DNA from: Campylobacterales bacterium
GTDB lineage: Bacteria > Campylobacterota > Campylobacteria > Campylobacterales > QNZT01
Direction: 5' to 3'
Assembly: GCA_027055005.1 (NCBI GenBank)
Contig: JALUNR010000051.1
Span: forward strand, 1 to 42,656
Length of the DNA: 42,656 nt
Shown piece after piece: positions 7,676-16,764 of the stretch (position 1 is the first letter of the stretch; every line of letters starts with the position of its first letter). The position numbers and the translations under genes are program-made. A model generated the notes under the pieces. The model was not told the DNA's origin. It did not search any database and worked only from the letters and a program-made list of their open reading frames with translations.

Positions 7676-8341
7676 ATGGAAGAAAATCTTTCAGTGTGGA
7701 CGAGTATATCGTTTTGGCGAAGATCAGCAGCTTGGGTTACTGGTTTTGCAACTATTCTTTTAATTTGGCTAACATTTGACACTATTGGTCAAATTACTAT
7801 GGGTACAGATAAAGATTTGCAAAGTGGAGTAACCAAAAGAGTACCAGCTCCTACTGTAATCAATTATCATATTGATTACAAAATGAGTCAAAAAAGAGGT
7901 CATGAAGTTCCTGTTATTGGTCATAAAGAGCCTTTTTTTGGTAAAGAGTGGTCAATTAAAGATGCTAGAGCATTATTACACTTAGGAAAACTTACAGTTC
8001 AAGCAAAAAACTGTATGGATTGTCATACACTTTTAGGAAATGGGGCTTATTATGCACCAGATCTTACAAAAGCATGGCTTGATCCAAAGTGGAACAATGG
8101 AACTATGGAAGGTATAACTGGTAAAAAAACAAAAGAAGAAGCAATAGCTGAGTTTTTACAACATCCATCAAGATACCCAACTCATGCAAGAAAAATGCCA
8201 AATCTTGGTATAACTGCCAAAGAGGCTCAAGGTATAGTTGCATTTTTAAAACATATGAGTTCAATAGATACAAACGGTTTCCCTAGAAATTTCTCAAAAA
8301 CTGTTGACCAATATAAAGCAGGAGGAACAAATGCTCACTAG
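7676..8341 (+). CDS. norC: Nitric oxide reductase cytochrome c subunit NorC
   Basis: N-terminal TM, NCMDCHTLLGNGAYYAPDLT, RKMPNLG Met ligand; AAGGAGG RBS. Confidence 0.95.
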   Translation: MEENLSVWTSISFWRRSAAWVTGFATILLIWLTFDTIGQITMGTDKDLQSGVTKRVPAPTVINYHIDYKMSQKRGHEVPVIGHKEPFFGKEWSIKDARALLHLGKLTVQAKNCMDCHTLLGNGAYYAPDLTKAWLDPKWNNGTMEGITGKKTKEEAIAEFLQHPSRYPTHARKMPNLGITAKEAQGIVAFLKHMSSIDTNGFPRNFSKTVDQYKAGGTNAH

Positions 8342-9755
8342 TATAAAAACAGATAATATATCGCCAACTAAAAAACTGGGGATGATGTACTTTAGAGTTG
8401 CTATTGTTCTTTTTGGAGCACAACTTCTAATGGGTTTAATCGCTGCCATACAATTTATATATCCAAATTTTTTATTTGAGATATTTGATTTTTCAGTAGC
8501 AAGGATGGTTCATATAAATGCACTTGTAGTATGGATGCTATATGCTATGATTGGTTCAGTTTATTATATGCTTCCTGATGAAACAGGAGAAGAAGCAGTA
8601 GGACTTGGACTTGGAAAACTAGCTTTTTGGGTACTTACTGCTGCAGTTGCAGTTGTTGTTTTAGTATTTATTTTTATCCAAGTTGGACCTGGTAAAGAGA
8701 GTACTATTTGGTTTATAAATGAAGGTAGAGAGTATATAGAAGCTCCAAGATGGGCTGATATAGGTATAGTCGTTGTGGTTTTAATCTTTTATTATAATGT
8801 TTTCTTTACATTCTTAAAAGGTAGAAAAACTGGAATCATGACTGTCATGATAGCCAACCTTTTAGCTCTAGCTGGTCTCTACTTAGCAGGTATGTTCTTC
8901 ACTGACAATATTTCTATGGATCAGTACTGGTGGTGGTGGGTTATCCACTTATGGGTTGAAGCTACTTGGGAAGTTTTTGTTGGTACCCTAGCTGCTTATG
9001 CTCTTATCAAAATAATCTCTGCAAAAAGAGAAATAGTTGAGATGTGGTTATGGATAGAGGTATTAATGCTATTTGGTTCAGGAATTTTAGGTCTTGGACA
9101 TCACTATTTTTGGATAGGTACTCCTGAGTATTGGTGGGAGATTGGTGCACTTTTTTCTTCACTTGAACCAGTTCCACTAGTTGCTATGTTTGTTCATGTA
9201 CTATATGATTGGGGTAAAGAACAAGGTGCAAATGGAAATAAACCAGCTATTATGAATGGTCCTGCTATGGCTTGGATTGTTACAAATGCATTTGGTAACT
9301 TCCTTGGTGCTGGTATATGGGGATTTTTCCATACATTGCCTCAAGTAAATATCTATACTCACGGTACTCAGTTTACTGCAGCTCATGGACACTTAGCTTT
9401 CTTTGGAGCTTATGCAACTATTCTTATAGGTATGATGTATATGGGTGTTCAAGGAGCATATGGTGTAAAACAAATGAAAGCAACTTTCAACTCTAAAATG
9501 GCAATCTTTTTGATAACATTTGGTGTTATGGGTATGACTATTGCTCTAACCATCGCTGGATATGAGCAAGTTTTAGTTGAAAGAGCTGAACTAGGTGGCG
9601 GTTGGGATGCATTCTTTACTGCTCAAAACTTACCTTGGTATGTTCAAGCACAAGTTTGGAGAACAATCATGGGTATAGTAACATTTATAGGTTTTGTATA
9701 TCTTGTGTTGGATCTTCTAACTATAGGAACAAAAGCAAAATCTCAAGAAGTATAA
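8331..9755 (+). CDS. norB: Nitric oxide reductase catalytic subunit NorB (cNOR)
   Basis: RMVHIN, EGREYIE, WWWVIHLWVEATWE, GHHYFWIG, SLEPVP, THGTQFTAAHGHLAFFGAY; ATG 8331 follows GGAGG (track start is TTG 8304). Confidence 0.96.
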   Translation: MLTSIKTDNISPTKKLGMMYFRVAIVLFGAQLLMGLIAAIQFIYPNFLFEIFDFSVARMVHINALVVWMLYAMIGSVYYMLPDETGEEAVGLGLGKLAFWVLTAAVAVVVLVFIFIQVGPGKESTIWFINEGREYIEAPRWADIGIVVVVLIFYYNVFFTFLKGRKTGIMTVMIANLLALAGLYLAGMFFTDNISMDQYWWWWVIHLWVEATWEVFVGTLAAYALIKIISAKREIVEMWLWIEVLMLFGSGILGLGHHYFWIGTPEYWWEIGALFSSLEPVPLVAMFVHVLYDWGKEQGANGNKPAIMNGPAMAWIVTNAFGNFLGAGIWGFFHTLPQVNIYTHGTQFTAAHGHLAFFGAYATILIGMMYMGVQGAYGVKQMKATFNSKMAIFLITFGVMGMTIALTIAGYEQVLVERAELGGGWDAFFTAQNLPWYVQAQVWRTIMGIVTFIGFVYLVLDLLTIGTKAKSQEV

Positions 9756-9764
9756 GGAGAAAAT

Positions 9765-9923
9765 ATGAATTTTCATTTAATAGAACCATTTACAGATGTA
9801 AATCATAGTTTTTTCGGTATGTTAAATCAGGGTCCTTTGACTTTGACTATATTTTTACATACTGTTATAATCCTTCCTATGTTTTGGATTTACTTTAGTG
9901 AAAAGAAAAAACTAGGAAAATAA
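9765..9923 (+). CDS. 52-aa single-TM protein directly after norB (not in ORF track)
   Basis: AAGGAG RBS overlapping the norB stop; MNFHLIEPFTDVNHSFFGMLNQGPLTLTIFLHTVIILPMFWIYFSEKKKLGK; ends at the terminator. Confidence 0.8.
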   Translation: MNFHLIEPFTDVNHSFFGMLNQGPLTLTIFLHTVIILPMFWIYFSEKKKLGK

Positions 9924-9960
9924 AATATTAAAGGGGGATATCCCTCTTTAATATTATTTT
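9924..9960. terminator. Intrinsic terminator of the nor operon, probably bidirectional
   Basis: AATATTAAAGGGGG-ATAT-CCCTCTTTAATATT hairpin followed by a T-tract, between convergent genes. Confidence 0.8.
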
Positions 9961-9967
9961 TAAACTC

Positions 9968-10372
9968 TTATCTCACCCATGTTCCTCTTTTAAAACTACT
10001 TCTACCTCTACTTATAATTCGTACATTTATACTATAATCATATATATCTACTTTTATTATTGGATTACCATATAATATATCTTGTTTCGCACTCCAACTA
10101 ACAGAACCATTTTTTATCATCCTTTCCAACCTAGCCCTATTTCTTTTATTACTAAATATAGAATCCCAAGTATCAGCACTTTGTCTAATTCTTCTAATAT
10201 GATAATTAAATCTATCCTGTCTAATAATAGCAGCTACACTATGCAATCTAACTCCTCTACTATTATAATGATCTACATCAGCAAGTTTTGCATAATAAGT
10301 ACCAATATATCCTGCATTTAAAATAGATACACTAAAACCTAAACTCAACAACAATCTTGTTAAATTTCTCAT
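9968..10372 (-). CDS. Hypothetical secreted basic protein
   Basis: AAGGAGG RBS, signal peptide ending LNA, DHYNSRG...AIIRQDRFNYH block. Confidence 0.8.
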   Translation of the reverse strand: MRNLTRLLLSLGFSVSILNAGYIGTYYAKLADVDHYNSRGVRLHSVAAIIRQDRFNYHIRRIRQSADTWDSIFSNKRNRARLERMIKNGSVSWSAKQDILYGNPIIKVDIYDYSINVRIISRGRSSFKRGTWVR

Positions 10373-10399
10373 TTTTCCCTCCTTATTGTGAAATTTAAT

Positions 10400-11125
10400 T
10401 TAATTTTTTTTTATCAATTCTGGTCTATATTCAAAGTGCATAGTATCAAAATGCTTCCATTTGCCACCCCATATAAATCCTTCACTTTCAAAAACTTTTA
10501 CTATTTCCAAAGGAATTTTATTTTTATAATTTTTACTCCATTTCCAATAATTAGCATATTTTGTATTTAAATCTATAGCTATTCCAAAGGAGTGTGCACT
10601 AAGTCTTTTTGTTCCAGATATATATCTCCAATTAAAGGTACCACCTAATGGAAATAAAAATTTTTCAATATCTGACTTCTTTCTTATTAAATTTTTCAAC
10701 TTCTTTTCGACATTTTTTAACTTAATCACTACATCATTTAACTTATTTATTTTTATCTTTTCACCAAACCAATTTATAGTTACTAAATTTTTATATACAG
10801 TATTTTTATTTTTTCCATATATTTTTTTAAATAATTGTTCATTTCTTATACGACCAGCATCATTTCTATTTAAGTTTTTAAAATTTTTAGGATACTTATA
10901 ATAAAATATATCCTCTATATCAGGATTATTTAATAATTTATCAAAATTTTTCTTCTTACCATCATCATAAATAAGTGTACTACCATCAGTAAAGATAATA
11001 TAATTTTTTCTACACCCTTTTATATCTTTATATTTTTTTATTAAAATATCCACATTCTTATCACATCTTGCATATAAATTTATAGCCAAAAACATCAAAA
11101 TACAATATAAAATATTTTCCTTCAT
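10400..11125 (-). CDS. M15-family zinc metallopeptidase (peptidoglycan D,D-/L,D-peptidase-like)
   Basis: Signal peptide; GGTFNWR, SAHSFGIAID (SxHxxGxAxD), GFIWGGKW.HFDTMHFEYRPE. Confidence 0.88.
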   Translation of the reverse strand: MKENILYCILMFLAINLYARCDKNVDILIKKYKDIKGCRKNYIIFTDGSTLIYDDGKKKNFDKLLNNPDIEDIFYYKYPKNFKNLNRNDAGRIRNEQLFKKIYGKNKNTVYKNLVTINWFGEKIKINKLNDVVIKLKNVEKKLKNLIRKKSDIEKFLFPLGGTFNWRYISGTKRLSAHSFGIAIDLNTKYANYWKWSKNYKNKIPLEIVKVFESEGFIWGGKWKHFDTMHFEYRPELIKKN

Positions 11126-11190
11126 ATTATATTATAACTCTATATAGTAAAAATAATTTTAAGTTTTTAAAATATATTTAATTTTAAGTT

Positions 11191-12042
11191 TTACGTAGTA
11201 ATAAATTTCTTTCTTATTCTATGACTCTCATAAGTTCCTAATATTTTAACTTCAGTAGAGAAAAAATCTAACTCTTCTAAAGCTCTTTTCATACAATCAG
11301 AATCAATATGCCCCTCTATATCAGCATGAAATCCAGTAGCATTTAGTGCGTTTTCAGCCGAGTAACTCTCTAATTTTAAAAGATTTATCCCATTTGTAGC
11401 AAAACCACCTAAGGCTTTATAAAGCGAGGCAGGAATATTTCTTACTTGAAAGATGATAGATGTTGAATAACTCTTACTTTTGTTAAATTTAGGTATTTCT
11501 TTATTTTTTGAAAGTATAAAAAATCTAGTAGTATTCCCTTTTATATCTTCAAAATGCTCTTGTAAAATCTTTAAATCATAAATTTTAGCTGCTAATGATG
11601 AAGCGATAGCTCCAAAAGATTTATCATTTAACTCTTTTATCTCTTTTGCACTTCCAGCAGTGTCTAGTTTTGCTATCGGTGTTAGATTTAGCTTACTTAT
11701 ATTATGAGAGCATTGTGCTAAAGCTTGTGGATGTGAAGCGACATATCTTAAATTTTCTATTTTTGATCCCTTTATTCCAAGCAAACAGTGAACTACTGGT
11801 TGAAAATGTTCCCCTACCACATAAAGATTCATCTTTGGAATAAGTCTATATATCTCCTCTACCCTTCCAGCAGTAGAATTTTCAAGTGGAATCATAGCAT
11901 ATATAGCTCTTTCATCCTCTACCATTCTCATAGCTTCGCTAAAAGTCTCACAAGCAACAGCATTTAAGTTTGGATAGGCACTACGACAAGCTTGCTCACT
12001 ATAAGCTCCACTAACACCTTGATAAGCTATTTTTGTAGTCAT
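11191..12042 (-). CDS. Monofunctional prephenate dehydratase with ACT domain
   Basis: IAYQGVSGAYSE, PLENSTAG, SHPQALAQC, NTTRF, LLKLESY; no chorismate mutase domain; ATG 12042 chosen because track start 12129 lies inside porB. Confidence 0.9.
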   Translation of the reverse strand: MTTKIAYQGVSGAYSEQACRSAYPNLNAVACETFSEAMRMVEDERAIYAMIPLENSTAGRVEEIYRLIPKMNLYVVGEHFQPVVHCLLGIKGSKIENLRYVASHPQALAQCSHNISKLNLTPIAKLDTAGSAKEIKELNDKSFGAIASSLAAKIYDLKILQEHFEDIKGNTTRFFILSKNKEIPKFNKSKSYSTSIIFQVRNIPASLYKALGGFATNGINLLKLESYSAENALNATGFHADIEGHIDSDCMKRALEELDFFSTEVKILGTYESHRIRKKFITT

Positions 12043-12082
12043 GATTTTCTTTTGTTTTGAAGTTATAAGGGAAGAAGAGTTT

Positions 12083-13033
12083 TTAAACTCTTGCTTCCTC
12101 TCTTCTTTGTAGGTACTCCCATCTAGCATCTACTCTTTTTTGCCACTCTTCAAGAACATGAGCATTTTCAGGTTTAAACAAGTGTTTAAATCTTCCTTGA
12201 GATGCTAAGTAATCTTTAACAGGGATTACTTTTTTAGGTCTGTAAAGGATGTTTAACTCTGTACCATCTATTATTTCATATAGAGGAAAAACTAAACTCT
12301 CTGTTGCTAAATCTGATATATCGATAGTTTGATTTGGAGCAAATTTCCACTCAGTTGTACATGCACTCATAGCATTTATATAACAAGGTCCTTCATTAGC
12401 TAATGCTTTTTGAAAAGATTTAACCATAAGTTTCCATTTGTTTGGTGCTACTTGAGCAACATAAGAGGCTCCATTAGCCGCCATAATACCAACCATATCT
12501 TTTTTGTTTTGCTTCTCTCCATAACTTACGCGACCTGCTGGACTTGTTGTAGTTGATGCACCTATGGGAGTAGATGAACTTCTCTGACCTCCAGTATTTG
12601 CATAAACTTCATTGTCAAGACAGATATATGTAAAGTCATGACCTCTCTCAACAGCTCCACTTAACCACTGAAAACCTATATCATAAGTACTTCCATCTCC
12701 ACCAAATGCAACAAATTTTACACTTCTATCTGGATCTTTTAAAGTTCCTTTTCTTTTTCTAGCTTTATACATAGCCTCTGCACAACTAGCAGTAGTAGCA
12801 GCATTTTCAAATCCAACATGTATCCAACTTGTATCCCAAGAAGTATATGGATAAACTGCTGTTGAAACTTCTAAACATCCTGTATTTGTAGAGATAACCA
12901 AGTCATCATCTGTACAGTTCATAAGCTCTCTTACAATGATAGAGTGAGCACACCCTGGACAAAGTAGGTGAGCTCCTTCAAATCTATCATTTGAAGTTGA
13001 AAACTCTTTTAAATTTTTTATTATTTTACTCAT
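12083..13033 (-). CDS. porB: Pyruvate:ferredoxin/flavodoxin oxidoreductase beta subunit
   Basis: HLLCPGC, TGCLEV, GGDG...DNEVYANTGGQ TPP-binding motif. Confidence 0.95.
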   Translation of the reverse strand: MSKIIKNLKEFSTSNDRFEGAHLLCPGCAHSIIVRELMNCTDDDLVISTNTGCLEVSTAVYPYTSWDTSWIHVGFENAATTASCAEAMYKARKRKGTLKDPDRSVKFVAFGGDGSTYDIGFQWLSGAVERGHDFTYICLDNEVYANTGGQRSSSTPIGASTTTSPAGRVSYGEKQNKKDMVGIMAANGASYVAQVAPNKWKLMVKSFQKALANEGPCYINAMSACTTEWKFAPNQTIDISDLATESLVFPLYEIIDGTELNILYRPKKVIPVKDYLASQGRFKHLFKPENAHVLEEWQKRVDARWEYLQRREEARV

Positions 13034-13045
13034 AACACTCTCCCC

Positions 13046-14272
13046 CTACTTTTGCTCAAAAAATTCTAAAGTTGGACCTCTTAGTCCACTAAATTTTTGT
13101 ACTTTACCGATAATCTTACCAGCTTTTGCACACTCAGCCAAATCTTTATATATACCTTTTAAATGCTCTTGAGTCATATCTCTACCACCAAGACCATAGA
13201 TATAGTTTACCATAGGAACAAAGTTTCCACTACTGTACATTGCAGCCGCTACTTCATTATAAAGCATACCCATAGCACCACCTGGTGCACTTCTATCAAG
13301 ACAAGCTACCGCTTTTACATTTGAGAGAGCTTCTCTTATATCATCAAAAGGGAATGGTCTTAGTACTCTTGGAGCAACAACACCAGCTTTTATACCATCT
13401 TTTCTCATCTCTTCTGCAGCCATTACAGCACTCTCAACAGTAGTTCCAAGAGCAACGATAGCTACTTCTGCATCTTCCATCAAGTAACTTTCAACTCTGT
13501 TATATTTTCTACCAGTCTTTTTTTCAAACTCTGCAAAAACTTTCTCGATAACATCTCTACTATCCATCAAAGCTTTATGTTGTTTAGCTTTATGCTCAAA
13601 GTGCCAATCCTCTTCAGTTTGAGCACCATAAGTAACAGCTCTACTAAAATCAAGTAAATCATCTTTTGATTTATATTCACCAATAAAAGCATAAGCATCT
13701 TCATCTTGTAAAGGCTTAACCTTTTGGGCAGTATGAGAACATATAAATCCATCTTGATGAACTGCAACAGGAAGCCTTACACTCATATCCTCGCCTATTT
13801 TAAATGCACAAAGCATCAAATCATAAGATTCTTGTGGGTTAAATGCACAAAGATTAATCCAACCTGCATCTCTTGTTAAGTACATATCTGAGTGATCACC
13901 ATTTACATTTAATGGTGCAGCTAAAGCTCTGTTTACCATTGCTAGTACGATAGGAAGTCTCATACCACTTGCTTGATAGAGTACTTCTACCATCAAAGCT
14001 ATACCTTGAGAACTACTTGCAGTTGCAACTCTACCACCAGCTGCAGCTGCACCAACACAACCACTCATAGCAGCATGCTCACTCTCAACCATAACAAACT
14101 CACCATCGATATAGCCATCAGCTAAAAACTTAGCATAGTTTTGAACTGTTGGAGTTGATGGTGTAATAGGATATGCCGCAACAACATCAATCTGAGCTTG
14201 TCTCATAGCTTGTGAAAAAGCCATGTTACCATCCCAAACTTCTACCTCTTGTAACTCTAATTTCTCTGCCAT
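13046..14272 (-). CDS. porA: Pyruvate:ferredoxin oxidoreductase alpha subunit
   Basis: AAYPITPST, VESEHAAMS, NRALAAP, YGLGGRD. Confidence 0.95.
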   Translation of the reverse strand: MAEKLELQEVEVWDGNMAFSQAMRQAQIDVVAAYPITPSTPTVQNYAKFLADGYIDGEFVMVESEHAAMSGCVGAAAAGGRVATASSSQGIALMVEVLYQASGMRLPIVLAMVNRALAAPLNVNGDHSDMYLTRDAGWINLCAFNPQESYDLMLCAFKIGEDMSVRLPVAVHQDGFICSHTAQKVKPLQDEDAYAFIGEYKSKDDLLDFSRAVTYGAQTEEDWHFEHKAKQHKALMDSRDVIEKVFAEFEKKTGRKYNRVESYLMEDAEVAIVALGTTVESAVMAAEEMRKDGIKAGVVAPRVLRPFPFDDIREALSNVKAVACLDRSAPGGAMGMLYNEVAAAMYSSGNFVPMVNYIYGLGGRDMTQEHLKGIYKDLAECAKAGKIIGKVQKFSGLRGPTLEFFEQK

Positions 14273-14274
14273 TA

Positions 14275-14676
14275 TTAATCCTTACTCTTTTTCTTTTTCT
14301 CAGGCCACTTAGCAAGTGCATCTTCATTTTTTTCATTTTCACCAAACATTAAAAGTGATTTTGGATTTGTAGGACAAACTTCCACACAAACTCCACAACC
14401 TTTACAGTGATCATAATCAACACCAATCATTTTTTTATCTCTACTTATGATAGAAGTATCTGGACAATATACCCAACAATTTTGACAATCTATACATATA
14501 TCTCTATTATAAACTGGCTTTATTACTCTCCAATCTCCAACATAAGCTTTAAAAGAGTTCCACTCGGCATAAGGTCTATCTTCTTGTTTGGTTTCTACCG
14601 CTTTATCAAATTCACCATCAAATGAAAAAAGCAGTGTCCCATCATTTACTTCATCCCAACCTACATATTTACTCAT
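14275..14676 (-). CDS. porD: Pyruvate:ferredoxin oxidoreductase delta subunit (2x[4Fe-4S])
   Basis: GDWR..KP, CIDCQNCWVYCP, CKGCGVCVEVCP. Confidence 0.95.
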   Translation of the reverse strand: MSKYVGWDEVNDGTLLFSFDGEFDKAVETKQEDRPYAEWNSFKAYVGDWRVIKPVYNRDICIDCQNCWVYCPDTSIISRDKKMIGVDYDHCKGCGVCVEVCPTNPKSLLMFGENEKNEDALAKWPEKKKKSKD

Positions 14677-14685
14677 TTTTTACCC

Positions 14686-15243
14686 CTACTTAACTTCATT
14701 GTAAGCTCGCTCAATAGCGGCCATGTTTGCATCTATAATTTTTTGTGGAAACTTAGCTAACACTTTTAACATAGCATTTTGAAAGTAATCTAACTCAAAC
14801 ATACTAGATACTTTCATCAAAGCCCCAAGCATTGGAGTATTTGGTATAGCTCGTCCTATCGTATCAAGTGATATTTGCATACAATCCACTACATATACTT
14901 CTTTCCCTCTTAACTTTGGAACACTATCCAAAAGTTCCTCTTTGCTTAAATGTGAAGTTATAATGTATTTTGTACTTGTCTTTTCATTTGCAGTTATATC
15001 AGCTGTAAAAACTAGTGCTGGATCTATAACCAAAACATAGTCTGGATGCATAAATTTTTCATGATTTAGTATAGGTTCTTCATCTATTCTGTTATATGCA
15101 GTCATCGCTGCACCCCTCTTTGCAGAACCATAAAATGCAAATGCTTGCACTTCTTTTCCTGTATTTGCCACAACATCAGCTAAACCTTTAGCACCTGTTA
15201 CAGCACCTTGTCCAGCTCTGCTATGCCATCTCATCTCTAGCAT
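14686..15243 (-). CDS. porC: Pyruvate:ferredoxin oxidoreductase gamma subunit
   Basis: RWHSRAGQGAVT, FYGSAKRGA, PNTPMLGA. Confidence 0.95.
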   Translation of the reverse strand: MLEMRWHSRAGQGAVTGAKGLADVVANTGKEVQAFAFYGSAKRGAAMTAYNRIDEEPILNHEKFMHPDYVLVIDPALVFTADITANEKTSTKYIITSHLSKEELLDSVPKLRGKEVYVVDCMQISLDTIGRAIPNTPMLGALMKVSSMFELDYFQNAMLKVLAKFPQKIIDANMAAIERAYNEVK

Positions 15244-15444
15244 GAACTCTCCTTATATTTAGATTAAGTTACACTATGTTACATAATTACTCTTAATATT
15301 GGCTTCTTATTTTAAATAAGAAATATAATATTTTTTTATCTTTTAAATGCTTTTTTTACTTTTTAAAGATTACTAAAATAATATTTTCCAAAAGTTGTTT
15401 TTAATATTTTTACAAGTTACTTTTTGTAACAACATCAAATATAA

Positions 15445-16764
15445 TTACTTTCCTACCCCGCCTTTTTCAAGTAAATAATCACACTTTGTAGTATTTAAAG
15501 CTTTTTTAGCATCTAAATTTATATCAAAGATTGTTTGGGTTGACTGAACTATCAAGTCAGCTTCTGGAGTATTGGATAAGTTTTTTAAATTTATAGTGGG
15601 AATGTGTAAAAACTTTTTGAAAGTACTTTGTATGAGTTTTAAACTCTCATCTTCTTTTTCTTTATCTATAAAGCCTTTTTTTATTGCTTTTGCTAACTCC
15701 TCTCTCGCTATATTTTCAGCACGAAGTCTTATCTCTTTTATAAGTGGTTCTATTTTTAGTGAATTTATCCACTTATAAAACTCTTCTACTTGGTTTTCTA
15801 CTATCGCATAAGCTCCTGATGCATTTGTTTGTCTCTCTTTTATATTTTTATCAACTATCTCTTTAAGGTCATCAACAGCATAGATATTTATATTTTCACA
15901 ATCACACTTATCTATATCTCTTGGAACTGCTATATCAAACCAATACCTTTGAAAATTTACTTTATTTACCAACTCTTTTGTTATGATAGGCTCACTGGCT
16001 CCAGTGGCAGAAAAAAGAAGTCTGTAAGAGTTTACTATCTCTTTTAGTTTTGAAAATGGTTCTACTATGACATTTACATTTTCTATCTTTTCTGCTAAAA
16101 GTAAGGCTTTTCCTATATCTCTATTTACAAGAATTAGATTTGCTTCAGCTTTTGCCAAATGTTTTGCTACAAGTTCACCCATTTCTCCTACTCCAACAAC
16201 AACACCTGTGTATCCACCTAGATTTCCATCAAAAACTTCTTTTGCTTTTGCAACTGCAACACTTGCAACTGATACTGGATTTTTAGTAATATTTGTAGAG
16301 TTTCTTACTATTTGAGAACATTTAAAAGTATTTAACATAAGCCTTACTATATTTTGTCCACAAAAGCCATTGTCATAACTAAATCTAAAAGCATTTTTTA
16401 ACTGACCTGTTATCTGTGTTTCACCTATAACCAAACTATCAAGACTACTTCCTACCAAAAATAGATGTTTTACTGCTTCTTTGGCTTTATAAGTTTGTCC
16501 CGTTTTTTGGATTTCTTCTAAAGTAATATTTGTTTTTTGAACAAATAACTTTTCTATTTTAGATGAAATAGAGTCAAATTCACTCACATACATGATAATT
16601 TCCACTCTGTTACAAGTAGAAAGAATCGCAACTTCAAGTACTTCTTCTATCTCTAGAAGTTCCCCTTGAAAAGAAGCTAAAGATTTTTCATCATTGAAAG
16701 CTAATTTTTCACGAGTACAAATATCTGTATTTTTATGTGTATAGCTTTGTATTAAGTATTTCAT
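15445..16764 (-). CDS. hemA: Glutamyl-tRNA reductase
   Basis: STCNRVE, SLDSLVIGETQITGQ, GVGEMG, DIAVPRDI. Confidence 0.96.
   Translation of the reverse strand: MKYLIQSYTHKNTDICTREKLAFNDEKSLASFQGELLEIEEVLEVAILSTCNRVEIIMYVSEFDSISSKIEKLFVQKTNITLEEIQKTGQTYKAKEAVKHLFLVGSSLDSLVIGETQITGQLKNAFRFSYDNGFCGQNIVRLMLNTFKCSQIVRNSTNITKNPVSVASVAVAKAKEVFDGNLGGYTGVVVGVGEMGELVAKHLAKAEANLILVNRDIGKALLLAEKIENVNVIVEPFSKLKEIVNSYRLLFSATGASEPIITKELVNKVNFQRYWFDIAVPRDIDKCDCENINIYAVDDLKEIVDKNIKERQTNASGAYAIVENQVEEFYKWINSLKIEPLIKEIRLRAENIAREELAKAIKKGFIDKEKEDESLKLIQSTFKKFLHIPTINLKNLSNTPEADLIVQSTQTIFDINLDAKKALNTTKCDYLLEKGGVGK

Noticed and set aside
9602-9808. 68-aa plus-strand ORF overlapping the end of norB
   Set aside because: Out-of-frame overlap without RBS; the 9765..9923 ORF explains the region better
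12043-12129. N-terminal extension of the PDT ORF as a fused domain or porB frameshift
   Set aside because: It is just an upstream in-frame ATG inside porB; the PDT domain begins at ATG 12042
15424-15438. TTGAT-GTTGT-TACAA on the minus strand upstream of por as an Fnr box
   Set aside because: Spacer is 5 nt, the second half-site mismatches, and it is far from the por start
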